NCBI RefSeq assembly: GCF_006345805.1
Contig: NC_043025.1
Location: 7,688,001-7,752,000 of the forward strand
Direction of reading: 5' to 3'
Length of the DNA stretch: 64,000 bases
Source of the DNA: Octopus sinensis
Lineage: Eukaryota
The translations under genes were made by a program, and so were the position numbers. The notes below the pieces were generated by a model. That model was not told the origin of the DNA. It searched no databases and saw only the letters and a list, made by a program, of their open reading frames with translations. Shown piece by piece: positions 22,638 to 34,969 of this stretch; within the stretch, counting starts at the first letter, position 1; every line of letters begins with the position of its first letter.

Positions 22638-23496
22638 GGAAGATGGCGTGAGTGCTGACCAATCAACAACAATAGCAGCTGTCAGCAGTGCCGCCATGGG
22701 CCCAACTCCTTCGGCCTTCCGTCAGCTCTTCACCCCTGCTTACCTTCTCAAGATCGTAGCTAACATCATAGAGCAAATCAACACAGACATACAGCAACAA
22801 CAACAACCACCACTGCAGCAGGGTGTCTGGAAGAGCTCTCAGTCAGTGCGGCACAAAATGGTATCCGTCGTCAAGCAGATGGTTCAGTGCTTTAGCAATT
22901 ACAACCAAACTTCGACGCCCCTGGGCATTGCGGGCACTGACAAGTCGGTGCCGTACGCCCGGCTATGGGCCGACATCGTGCGAAATGTCTGCAAGATGTC
23001 CGACACACACAGCTATGTGACCCTGTCTCAGCCACACATCCAACACCTGTTGGCCCTCTCTGGGCCCCTTTCAATATCTGGAGGGAACAGCAGCAGCAAC
23101 AGCAGCTGTAATGATGACAACAGCAGTAGCAACAACAGCAGCAGCAACGTGGCTGCGATGATGAAGGCGCGGCGCCTTTCGCACAATTACAGCCCCACCA
23201 CGGAGAGCAGCAGCAGCAACAGCAGCGTCTACAGCAGCAAGAGTGGCGGTGGGGGTGGCGGAGCAGTTGCCGCGACGACGAAGCAGGCGGTGGCGGAGTC
23301 GCTGAAAGTCGTTGCGTTCACATGTGGCCATCACTTCTTGGAGCCGTCTTTCAAGAACGACGTGCTGGTCAACTTGGGCCACGCTGTGGCCAAGGATAAA
23401 CGTCTTCCGCGCACGGCTGCACTCCTCGCTGACTGCTACAGCAAACTCGCAACGGTACCTTTGGCGTGTCCGCAGTGCGTGCAACAGACTGTGTGA
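22638..23496 (+). CDS. Terminal exon 10: (R)EDGVSADQ...VVAFTCGHHFLEPSFKNDVLVNLGHAVAKDKRLPRTAALLADCYSKLATVPLACPQCVQQTV*
   Basis: ttgtag acceptor in the phase required by exon 9. It coincides with the longest non-repeat ORF in the track (22549-23496) and ends at TGA 23494-23496. C-terminal Cys/His motif. Confidence 0.92.
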
Positions 23497-23664
23497 TTGG
23501 CTGGTTGGCTTGTCGTTGGTGTGTGTGTGTGTCTGTGTGTGTGAAAGGGATTGCAGTAAAGTCGGTATCTCTGGAGCAACTTGCAGCAATCCAATAAGGG
23601 GACTGTTTGCCCCGTTAGAAATTGCAGCCAAATCTCCTTTATCTCACACCCTGCTGTGTTTATG

Positions 23665-23670
23665 ATTAAA
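23665..23670 (+). promoter_or_regulatory. Possible polyadenylation signal (ATTAAA) for the RCC1 gene
   Basis: Variant hexamer about 170 nt after the stop codon, followed by a genomic A-run. Only suggestive. Confidence 0.25.
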
Positions 23671-23911
23671 TGAAAAAAAAAAAGGACATTGAATAGTGTT
23701 ATCCGGACAGTGAGGTCATGGCTGGAATATTTTTGACCTGGGGCTAATCAACATCAGCTACATCATCATAACAACAACAACAGCAATAACTACATCTGCA
23801 CCCCCAGCAGTTGCATTTATGAGTCACTAAGCAAGAAATTGTAGCCAAATCTTCCTCAAATCATACCTTACTGCTTTGAAGTAAGAAAAAGACACATTGG
23901 ATAATGTGGTC

Positions 23912-24453
23912 ATGTGGAGTGGTCGTGACCAGAATGTCTTTGATCATAAGCCTTCTCAATTAAGGTTGGTCTGGGGCTAAACAGCATCTATGTGTTAATA
24001 TGGTGAAGGGACGAATGTGTTAGCTGAAGGGAAAGGCGAAAAGTGAGAATAAATAGAGAGAAGTGTTAACAACTTGAGGTAGGGGGACCACAATAGTTAT
24101 TACACTAAAATACTGTAAAGTGGTTAGTTCAAGGAAGAAAGGAAGAGAGAGAGATCGTGTGTTAGTGCTGTGGAGTGGTCGTGACCAGAATGTCTTTGAT
24201 CATAAGCCTTCTCAATTAAGGTTGGTCTGGGGCTAAACAGCATCTATGTGTTAATATGCTGAAGGGACGAATGTGTTAGCTGAAGGGAAAGGCGAAAAGT
24301 GAGAATAAATAGAGAGAAGTGTTAACAACTTGAGGTAGGGGGACCACAATAGTTATTACACTAAAATACTGTAAAGTGGTTAGTTCAAGGAAGAAAGGAA
24401 GAGAGAGAGATCGTGTGTTAGTGCTGTGGAGTGGTCGTGACCAGAATGTCTTT
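23912..24453. repeat. 256-bp tandem duplication (about 2.1 copies)
   Basis: GTGGAGTGGTCGTGACCAGAATG at 23914, 24170, 24426. Confidence 0.9.
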
Positions 24454-24731
24454 GTGAAGGTTAGATTGATTGATTGATTGGGTGCTCCTTCAATTAGGAG
24501 TTATGCGAATTTTTACATTTTCTTAAATAAATGTTTGAGAAAAATATACAAATAAATACATAGGCACAGGAGTGGCTATGTGGTTAGTAGCTTGCTTACC
24601 AACCACGTGGTTTTGGGTTCAGTCCCACTGCGTGGCATCTTGGGCAAGTGTCTTCTGCTATAGCCTCGGGCCGACCAATGCCTTGTGAGTGGATTTGGTT
24701 GATGGAAACTGAAAGAAGCCTGTCGTATATA

Positions 24732-24784
<53 letters not shown>

Positions 24785-25225
24785 TTGTGTGTATGTGTTT
24801 GTCCCCCTAGCATTGCTTGACAACCGATGCTGGTGTGTTTATGTCCCCGTAACTTAGCGGTTCGGCAAAAGAGACCGATAGAATAAGTATTGGGCTTACA
24901 AAGAATAAGTCCCAGGGTTGATTTGCTCGACTAAAGGCGGTGCTCCAGCATGGCCGCAGTCAAATGATTGAAACAAGTAAAAGAATAAAAGAACTACAAT
25001 ACTATCAGTATAGATAATCAACAAGCTAGATATAGCAGCCAAACAGCCTTCGTGTCTCAACTCCGCTTTTCCAAAAATTAAAAAGGAAGGGTTGCATTGG
25101 ATATTGTGGTCCAAATGTACAATGTCTGAGGAAAAAAAAAGGCAAATCAAATGGGATGGTCACAGTTGGAGTGTATTGACCACCATAGGTTTGTCTGTTC
25201 GATCATAGCTGACTTGGAGCTAAAC

Positions 25226-25880
25226 TACAATTACCAGTACACCACTGGTATTTAATTTAATTGATGGAATACATCCCTAGTGTATAACTGATATTTAATT
25301 TGACCCTTAACCCCTGTATGTAATTACTATTTAATTGGTGAATGATCTCTGACCCCAGTATCTGACCGGTATTTAATTTCATTGTTGGACCCTAACCATT
25401 GTATGACTGGTACTTAATTGACAAGCCAGTTCCCAATGTATCGCTGGTATTAAATGACACTGGATCACATCCCCAGTATATAGCTGGTACTTAATTTAAT
25501 TGATGTCCATTAACTCCACTCCTCAGTATGTGACTGATACTCAATTTGACAAGCCTCTACCCAGTGTATCACTGGTATTAAATGTAATTGGATGCTACAC
25601 CCAGTATATAGCTGGTATTTTACTGATGACCCTTAACCCTTTTCCCTGTATTTATGCGATGTACTTAATTTAATTGACAACTCATTGTCCCCTGTATATG
25701 ACTGGTACTTAACTGAATGAAACCTGATCTCAATATGTCGGATACTGAATTGGCAAATGAGTCCTGTATACCCACTGTTTTTAACTGGCACTTAATTTAA
25801 TTGACAAACCTCGTTCCAGTGTATCACTGGTACTTAACCAGAAATCTAGCCTTTGGTATGTGACTGGTACATAATTAGCA
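25226..25880. repeat. Degenerate satellite of about 40-45 bp built on CCCAGT...ACTGGTACTTAATTT
   Basis: The motif recurs about 15 times with high divergence. Confidence 0.7.
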
Positions 25881-26269
25881 AACGAACTACATTGCTAACC
25901 AACCACATGGTTCCGGGTTCAGTCCCACTGCGTGGCATCTTGGGCAAGTGTCTTCTGCTATAGCCCCGGGCCGACCAATGCCTTGTGAGTGGATTTGGTA
26001 GACGGAAACTGAAAAAAGCCTGTCGTATATGTGTATATATATATGTGTGTGTGTGTTTGTGTGTGTCCCCCTAGCATTGCTTGACAACCGATGCTGGTGT
26101 GTTTACGTCCCCGTCACTTAGCGGTTCGGCAAAAGAGACCGATAGAATAAGTACTGGGCTTACAAAGGATAAGTCCCGGGGTCGAGTTGCTCGATTAAAG
26201 GCGGTGCTCCAGCATGGCCGCAGTCAAATGACTGAAACGAGTAAAAGAGAACTCCTGAAGCCTATAAAA

Positions 26270-26570
26270 AAAAGGGTAAAGACCATGGGATTGCACCTAG
26301 AAAGTTTCCCCTCCGAAACACAAGTCCAGGCAAGGTTGTTTTATAGAAGACCGGCAGTCACTCACCCATACCAGCCTCTCCCGTCTCTATGCCACCGATG
26401 TTATCCAAGGGAAAGGCAAAGGGGCCGATACAGCTTGGCACCAGTGAGGTCACAACTCATTTCTACAGCTGAGTGAAATGGAACAACGTGAAATAAAGTG
26501 TCTTGCTCAAGAACACAACACACAGCCCGGTCTGGGAATCGAACTCACTCCCTCACGACTGCGAGCCCAG
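26270..26570 (-). mobile_element. Older tRNA-derived SINE family E (GCTGTATCGGCCCCTTTGCCTTTCCCTTGGATAAC core)
   Basis: A second copy lies on the + strand at about 47494-47822. tRNA-like head. The core resembles Deu/Nin-type conserved SINE domains (inference). Confidence 0.7.
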
Positions 26571-27644
26571 TGACTGGTACTTAAGCAGACTGACCCCATA
26601 ACCACAGCGTAGCTGATGTTGAATTAATGGAGCCCCCCACCTGCCATCATATTTTCCTCCAGAATATAATTGAGTGGATTTGGTAGACGGAAACAGAAAG
26701 AAGCCTGTCGTACATATGTTTGTGTGTCTGTGTTTGTCCCCCTAGCATTGCTTGACAACCGATGCTGGTGTGTTTATGTCCCCGTCACTTAGCGGTTCGG
26801 CAAAAGAGACCGATAGAATAAGTACTGGGCTTACAAAGATCCACTCCTTTTGTTTATGACACATTTAATTGATGGACTGCGAGGTAGATGTGTCCTACTG
26901 ATATTTGAACTGGGAACACCAAAGATGTCACTGGATGTCTTTGGTTGCAGCATCTACAGGGCAACCTGCGTGGATTAACTCATCAAAAATGATAGCACCA
27001 ACAGCCTCCATGATTGCTTGTTCTTCCAGAAACAACAGCTAATTCTCCTTCAAATCCCACCTGACCATATTAGTAAAAATTAAAATGTAAATAAAATGAA
27101 ATAAAACAAACAAAAAACAATGGCTACATTGGACCATGTAGTCCAGGATAGACAATGACTGAAAAAACACAAAAACAAATAAGCTGGTTTACTTATGGCT
27201 GGAATGACTTTGATCATGGGTCCACCTGCTCACCCCTGGGATCACCTGGGGTTAAATAATAGCCACAACATATCCGCTGACAATTACTCTATACATTCCT
27301 GTACAAAAAACAAACTGAATACTTTTTCTCTGCTGAATTTTATTTAAAACACAAAAACCACAACAACAACAATACACATGCATGCACACCTGGATTTACC
27401 TCTGTGTGTGTGTGTGTGTGTGGTGTGATAAAAAGCTGATAAAAAAAAACAATACAAAAGAATAAAAAAAAAAGCAAGCATTGAATAAAGATAATTGATT
27501 ATTGTAAAAAAAAAAAAAAAAGTATTTTTTGTTCTTTTGCTGTTTTTAGCCATTGGATTGTGACCATCCATCCTCAGGTATGGTTTCCTGGGATATGGTT
27601 GATTATATCTAACTGTGCAATTTTTTGGTTTTGTTGTCATCATC

Positions 27645-28260
27645 ATAAATAATAATAATAATAAAACATTGTGTACAGTGCTCAGGTGCACTACGACTCA
27701 TCTAAGGTGTATGTATAATCAGGTGTAGTTTCGGCGGATTTCGGAAAGCATGAGGGCCTTAAAGGATGCAGTGTCATGGCAGTCAACAACTGACGCAGGC
27801 AGTTTATTCCATGCTTCAGCAACTCTTAGCATGAAAAAATGTTTCCGAAAGTCATGGGAGCTGTGCTGTTTTCTGACTTTGTAGGCATGTCCACGTGTTT
27901 GAGACACATGGAGATCAAAAAGGTGTTCAGTTGTTGTTGTTGGTGAGGTGGTTGATAACTTTGTGGGTGTTTACCAAGTCCGTCGCCAGACGCCGGAGCT
28001 TCAGTGAATCCATGCCCAGGGAAACAAGGCGCTCAGAGTATGGTAGGTGTCTGATGGAGGGTATGCGTTTGGTTGCACGTCTCTGGACAGATTCCAGGAG
28101 GTCAATGTTCTGAGCAAGATAGGGGTTCCAAACTGATGATGCGAATTCCAAGTGTGGTCGTACCATAGCTGTATACAGTTCTAAATAGATGGCTGGAGAG
28201 CGGCTAACAAAAGTCTTGCTGAGTGATGCCAAGACACCCTCGGCCGTCTTGACAATTTTA
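27645..28260 (-). mobile_element. CR1-type LINE 3' fragment
   Basis: LYTAMVRPHLEFASSVWNPYLAQNIDLLESVQRRATKRIP (ORF 27927-28331), the classic CR1 RT C-terminal motif. (TTA)n tail at 27647-27664. Confidence 0.92.
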
Positions 28261-28754
28261 GAGATCATCATCATCATCATCGATATATAATGTTTGTTTT
28301 CCATGCTGGGACGAGTTGGGCAACGGGACAAGAACTGGCAAGACCAGGGCTACATCAGGTTCAATCGTCTGTTTTGGTTTGATATCTACAGCTTCATACA
28401 CTTCCTAACACCAACCACTTTACAGGATATACTGGGAGTTGTTTATATGGCACTATCAACATTGTATGTATGTGTATATATATATATATATGTGTGTGTG
28501 TGTATATATACATATTTATATATATACATATATATATGTGTGTGTGTGTATATATATACATATTATATATATATATATATATATATATAGGCGCAGGAGG
28601 GGCTGTGTGGTAAGTAGCTTGTTTACCAACCACATGGTACCGGGTTCAGTCCCACTGCGTGGCACCTTGGGCAAGTGTCTTCTACTATAGCCTCGGGCCG
28701 ACCAAAGCCTTGTGAGTGGATTTGGTAGACGGAAACTGAAAGAAGACCGTCGTA

Positions 28755-28797
<43 letters not shown>

Positions 28798-29006
28798 TTG
28801 TGTGTCTGTGTTTGTCCCCCTAGCATTGCTTGACAACCGATGCTGGTGTGCTTATGTCCCCGTAACTTTAGTGGTTCGGCAAAAGAGACCGATAGAATAA
28901 GTACTAGGCTTACAAAGAATAAGTCCCGGGGTCGAGTTGCTTGATTAAAGGTGATGCTCCAGCATGGCCGCAGTCAAATGACTGTATATATATCATCATG
29001 TATATA

Positions 29007-29405
29007 TCTTTATATATAAAAGGGAGGTTGTGTGCTGTCTGTCTCCTACGATTTAGGTTCCTAACTACTCCCACATTTTGCAGTGCAGTTTAACCAAAAC
29101 CAGGTATCTTATAGTCGTGATTCATATCGAGCCCTTCTGGGTATTAGCGAGCCTCTACGATGAGTCTACGATTTAAAAAAAAAATTACCATCAATTTTTC
29201 CCATTTTTTAATGCATTTTTGGCATATATAAGGGAAGTAACTCTCTAAAAATGTATTATTAAATCTCAAAACGTAAAAAGCTACAGTAACACCACCCCCC
29301 TTTGTGGTTAACCATATTGAGATGGCTATTATACTTTACATCTCTAAAAATGCTTATATAGTTATTTCCCTTACAAACCTGAGCAACGCCGGGCGATACT
29401 GCTAG
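29007..29405 (+). mobile_element. Non-autonomous Helitron
   Basis: 5' TC, subterminal hairpin CC(T/C)GAGCAACGCCGGG, 3' CTAG, sitting between A and T. Same family at 33906-34305 (-) and 39778-40177 (+). Confidence 0.85.
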
Positions 29406-29689
29406 TATATATATATATATATATATGTATCATCATTATCATTTAATGTCCATTTTCCATACTGGCATGGGTTGGCCAGCTTGAAAAGAACTGGCAACGC
29501 CAGGGTCCACATTAGGTTCCTTAGTCATTTTTGTCCTGGTTTCTACAGGTTAGGATTTGCTAAGAAATAGAAGGGAAGGTGAGGTTTCCCTTTAAGGGGA
29601 GAGAACTGCTCAGGGCTTACAATTTTTTTGTTGTTGCTTTATTATTATTATAAAACTTAGATAAAAACTTAGATATATTTCGACCAAAG

Positions 29690-30115
29690 ATTGGTCCAGG
29701 CCATGTCTAACTTAATAGCACCACCTGATAGGATTATCTGAATCCTGTTTGAGTCAAGTTTTGTTTATGGCCCATTCAAGTAGTGAGTTTTTGTTGGGTG
29801 AGTTGTATCCAATTATGGGTGGCTTATCTGGTATTCCTTGAAGGAATCTATCCAGACTCCGTTTAAAGTTGATGGGATCCTTTTCCACATTTGATCTCTT
29901 TCGGGACAATGTTAAATAGGGCAGGGCCTGTTGAGGAAAAGAAATTATGTTGCAGTGTACATGTATGCTGTGATCTTGAATTGGGCAGGGGACGTATGGC
30001 CCGTGGAAATTATGTTGCAGTGTACATGTATACTGTGATCTTGAATTGGGCAGGGGACGTATAGCCCGTGGTCCCAGTCTTGGATGAACCTTGACGCTAA
30101 TGTTCAGGTCGTTTG
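29690..30115 (-). mobile_element. Second CR1/L2-group LINE family, 3' remnant
   Basis: The minus strand reads ...HNFFSSTGPALFNIVPKEIK...KRSLDRFLQGIPDKPP...NSLLEW. Related remnants at about 45165-45450 (+) and 60990-61290 (-). Confidence 0.7.
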
Positions 30116-31076
30116 GGCAAAGTTGGCGGTATAATTATTATTATTAGCTGGCAGAATCATTAGCATGCTGAGTAAAATACTTAGCAGTATTCTGAGTTCA
30201 AGGCGGCGAGCTGGCAGAAACGTTAGCACGCCGGGCGAAATGCTTCACGGTATTTCGTCTGCTGTTACGTTCTGAGTTCAAATTCCGCCGAGGTCGACTT
30301 TGCCTTTCATCCTTTCGGGGTCAATTAAATAAGTACCAGTTACGCACTGCGGTCGATGTGATCGACTTAATCCGTTTGTCTGCCCTTGTTTGTCCTCTCT
30401 GTGTTTAGCCCCTTGTGGGTAGTAAAGAAATAGGTATTTCGTCTGCCGTTACGTTGTGAGTTCAAATTCCGCCGAGGTCGACTTTGCCTTTCATCCTTTC
30501 GGGGTCGATAAATTAAGTACCAGTTACGCACTGGGGTCGATATGATCGACTTAATCCGTTTGTCTGTCCTTGTTCGTCCTCTCTGTGTTTAGCCCCTTGT
30601 GGGTAGTAAAGAAATAAGTATTTTGTCTGCTGTTATATTGTCAAGGAAGACTTGATGTAAATAACAGCCAAATTTCGTTCATCATTCTCTGTCTGAGAGA
30701 CCTTTACATAGCAGCTAGACCTGTTAAAAATCGCAATCAAATATCCCTCAAATCACATTAAACTATCTTTGTGATCTCTAAACAGTAACGAGACTTGATG
30801 AAAATAGTAGGTAAATATTTCCTAAGTTATACCCCTATTGCCTGTGAGACTTCATGATGATGATCATCATAGTTTAACGTCCGCTTTTTAAGCTAGCATG
30901 GGTTGGATGATTTGACTGAGGTCTGGCGAACCGGATGGCTGCACCAGGCTCCAATCTTGATCTGGCAGAGTTTCTACAGCTGGATGCCCTTCCTAACGCC
31001 AACCATACCGAGAGGTTAGTGAGTGCTTTTACGTGCCACCGGCATGAGGGCCAGTCAGGCAGTATGTATGTATATA

Positions 31077-31111
<35 letters not shown>

Positions 31112-32126
31112 TTCTTTATTACCCACTAGGGGCTAAACACAGAAGGGACAAACAAGGACAGGCATTGGTATTAAGTCGATTACATCGACCCCAGTGCGTA
31201 ACTGGTACTTAATTTATCGACCCCGAAAGGATGAAAGGCAAAGTCGACCTCGACGGAATTTGAACTCACAACGTAACGCAGACGAAATACCGCTAAGCAT
31301 TTCGCCCGGCGTGCTAACGTTTCTGCCAGCTCGCCAGGCACCAATCTTGATCTGGCAGAGTTTCTACAACTGGATGCCCTTCTTAACGCCAACCACTCCG
31401 AGAGGTTAGTGAGTGCTTTTACATCCCACCGGCACGAGGGTTAGTTAGGCGGTACTGGCAACGGCCACGCTCAAATGGTGCTTTTTATGTGCCACCTGCA
31501 CAGGAGCCAGTCCAGCGGCACTAGCAACCACCTCGCTCGAATGTTTTTTTTCATGTGCCACCAGCACAAGTGCCAATAAAGCGACGCAGGTATCGATCAC
31601 GTTCGAATGGTGATTTTAACGTGCCATCGGCACGGGGGCCAGCTTGTTGCTCTGGCAACGATCTCACTCGTATGGTACTCTTAGCGCTCCACTAGCACGG
31701 ATGCCAGTCATCGAATTAGATTTGTTAAAAATAGCAGCCAAGTATTCTTCAAATCAAAACCTAACATGTGAAAAGGTCACAGTGCGTGATGTGTTTCTGG
31801 GCAAAATTTATGAAACAAAGACACATGATGGTCACTGCTGGAACGCTTTTTGGTAAAATTCTAATCAGAATAGAACTGGAGCTAAACTACAGCTATAGCC
31901 ACCACTTTCGATGATGGTTGTTTAAATACACTGCTGGTGTACAAAACAGGGTGGTCATGGATGGATTGTTATGGCTGTAGTTGTTGTCCGACGAAGGTCA
32001 ACCTCTGGCAAAACTATAGGAAGTTACAATGTCTTAAGCACCAATCAAAAAGAACGTATTAGAAGTGAGTGGATTTCGTTGAAGGAAACAAATAAATCAA
32101 TTAATCAGTTGGATACTTAACCAATT

Positions 32127-32514
32127 GTGGAGGCGCAATGGCCCAGTGGTTAGGGCAGCGGACTCGCGGTCGTAGGATCGCGGTTTCGATTCCCAGACCG
32201 GGCGTTGTGAGTGTTTATTGAGCGAAAACACCTAAAAGCTCCACGAGCCACCGGTAGGGGATCGTGGTGATCCCTGCTGTACTCTTTCACCACAACTTTC
32301 TCTCACTCTTACTTCCTGTTTCTGTTGTACCTGTATTTCAAAGGGCCGGCCTTGTCGCTCTCTGTGTCACGCTGAATATCCCCGAGAACTACGTTAAGGG
32401 TGCACGTGTCTGTGAAGTGCTCAGCCACTTACACGTTAATTTCATGAGCAGGCTGTTCCGTTGATCGGATCAACCGGAACCCTCGTCGTTGTAACCGACG
32501 GAGTGCTTCCATCC
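32127..32514 (+). mobile_element. tRNA(Arg)-like SINE family B (GTGGAGGCGCAATGGCCCAGTGGTTAGGGCAGCGGACTCGCGG head)
   Basis: A and B boxes, TCG at the anticodon position, 11-bp TSD TTAACCAATTG (32117-32127 / 32517-32527). Other copies at 35065-35457 (-), 35819-36201, 63511-63907. Confidence 0.9.
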
Positions 32515-33905
32515 GTTTAACCAATTGACTTCAGCATGGCACCAGTCTTTGGACTGAAACATATAAAAGAATAACAAAGGAATGGAATTGAAAAAGTGCG
32601 TATCATAGGCGCAGGAGTGGCTGTGTGGTAAGTAGCTTGTTTACCAACCACATGGTTCCGGGTTCAGTCCCACTGCGTGGCACCTTGGGCAAGTGTCTTC
32701 TACTATAGCCTCGGGCCGACCAAAGCCTTGTGAGTGGATTTGGTTGATGGAAACTGAAAGAAGCCGATCGTATATATGTATATATATGCGTTTGTGTGTC
32801 TGTATTTGTCCCCCTAGCATTGCTTGATAACCGATGCTGGTGTGTTTTGTTTACCAACCACATGTTTCCAGGTTCAGTCCCACTGTGTGGCACCTTGGGC
32901 AAGTGTCTTCTGCTATAGCCTTGGACTGATCAAAGCCTTGTGAGTGGATTTGGTAGACGGAAACTGAAAGAAGCCTGTCGTATATATGTATATATATATG
33001 TGTGTGCGTGTATGTTTGTGTGTCTGTGTTTGTCCCCCTAGCATTGCTTGACAACCGATACTGGTGTGTTTACTTCCCCGTTACTTAGCGGTTCGGCAAA
33101 AGAGACCGATAGAATAAGTACTGGGCTTACAAAAGAATAAGTCCCGGGGTTGATTTGCTCGATTAAAGGCCGCAGTCAAATGACTGAAACAAGTAAGAGA
33201 GAGTATGTGCGTACCATTAATTAGCATGACTCCCTAGACACACAAAAAAAACAGTGGAAGAGTTATCCCCCGTTAGAAGAGTTATCTCCCGTAGTTATAA
33301 ACTACTAGGTGTTCTCTCCCTTGTTTTCCACAAATTAATAGCGGGTAGCTATTGTATGATGGGGAGAATTGGATGTTAGTTTCTTCTTCTTCTCCTCTCC
33401 TCCTCATTCTCATTCTTCTTCTCATTCTTCTCCTCATTCTCCTTCTCATTCTTCTTTTCTTCTTCTCATCATTCTTCTTCTTCTCATTCTTCTTCTTCTT
33501 ACTGCCTCCACCACCACCACCATTCAGTGTTCCAGGATAGAAAAAAACTCTTAGGATATATTACCATTGCTATTTTGTCAAACTGTCGTATGTCCAAATT
33601 TGGCCAGATGCGTTTAATTTTTTTTCCAATATTTAATTTTGCTTGCAATATCCGGTTCTTTTGGTCAAACTATCGTATCTCCAGTTGCTTCATATGTCAA
33701 GCTATGGGACTTACGACACTTTTGCATATTAGCAACGATATATGTATGGTTCCTGTTAGTGTATACGTTTTCGTTCATGTGCCTTCTGTTTAGCTCTCAT
33801 TTCTAGCAGTGTAGGTCTATCCTAACACCCTAGTCATATTCAATGACGATTATTATAATTCTCCTTTTTGCTGAAACATTGCAAACTGGGTTTTTATATT
33901 AATTA

Positions 33906-34305
33906 CTAGCAGTATCGCCCGGTGTTGCTCGGGTTTGTAAGGGAAATAACTATATAAGCATTTTTAGAGATGTTAAGTATAATAGCCATCTCAATATGGC
34001 TAACCACAAAGGGGGGGGGGGTTACTGTAGCTTTTTACGTTTTGAGATTTAATAATACATTTTTAGAGAGTTACTTCTCTTATATAATAGCGAAAAAATG
34101 CAATAAAATGGTAAAAAATGATGGTAAATTATTTTTTAAATCGTAGACTCATCGTAGACGCGCGCTAATACCCAGAAGGGCTCGATATGAATCACGACTA
34201 TAAGATACCCGGTTTTGGTTAAACTGCACTGCAAAATGTGGGAGTAGTTAGGAATCTAAATCGTAGGAGACAGACACCACACAACCTCACTTTTATATAT
34301 AGAGA
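33906..34305 (-). mobile_element. Non-autonomous Helitron
   Basis: Reverse complement of 29007-29405, with TC...hairpin...CTAG termini. Confidence 0.85.
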
Positions 34306-34969
34306 TTAAATTAAAAGTACCTGTCAAGTACTGGATCAGTGTAATCGAATTTCTCTCTTGAGTGGATTTGGTACACGGAAACTGAAAGAATCGCGTCGTA
34401 TATGTATATATGTGTATATATTTATGTGTCTGTGGCGGCGAGCTGGCAGAAGCGTTATGACGCCGGGCGAAATGCTTAACCGTATTTCGTCTGCCGCTAC
34501 GTTCCGAGTTCAAATTCCGCCGAGGTCGACTTTGCCTTTCATCCTTTCGGGGTCGATAAATTAAGTACCAGTTACGCACTGGGGTCTAGGTAATCGACTT
34601 TATCCCTTTGTCTGTTCTTGTTTGTCCCCTCTATGTTTAGCCCATTGTGGGTAATAAAGAAATATATTTGTGTGTCTGTGTTTGTCTCCCCCCGCCTTCG
34701 CTTGATAACCGATGTTGGTGTGCTTACGAGGCTCGAAACTTAGCGGTTTAGCAAAAGAAACCGATAGAATAAGTACCAGGCTTGCAAAGAATAATTCCTG
34801 GGGCTGATTTGTTCCTCTTAAGGTAGTGCACCAGCATGGCCGCACGAATAAAAGAATATAAGTATATTGCTGGTGAAGACACCATATTTTGTTTAGCATC
34901 TCTTAAATACGACTCAGTATATTGAAGGTCTAAGGGTCAATAGTGTGACCTGCTTTTTATTTTTGAGCT

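Noticed and set aside
32127-32205. tRNA-Arg gene
   Set aside because: It lacks a proper acceptor stem and cloverleaf and is followed by a SINE body with TSDs. It is a SINE head.
33520-33890. Very degenerate minus-strand LINE-like fragment
   Set aside because: Too many stops and too little motif to assign a family.
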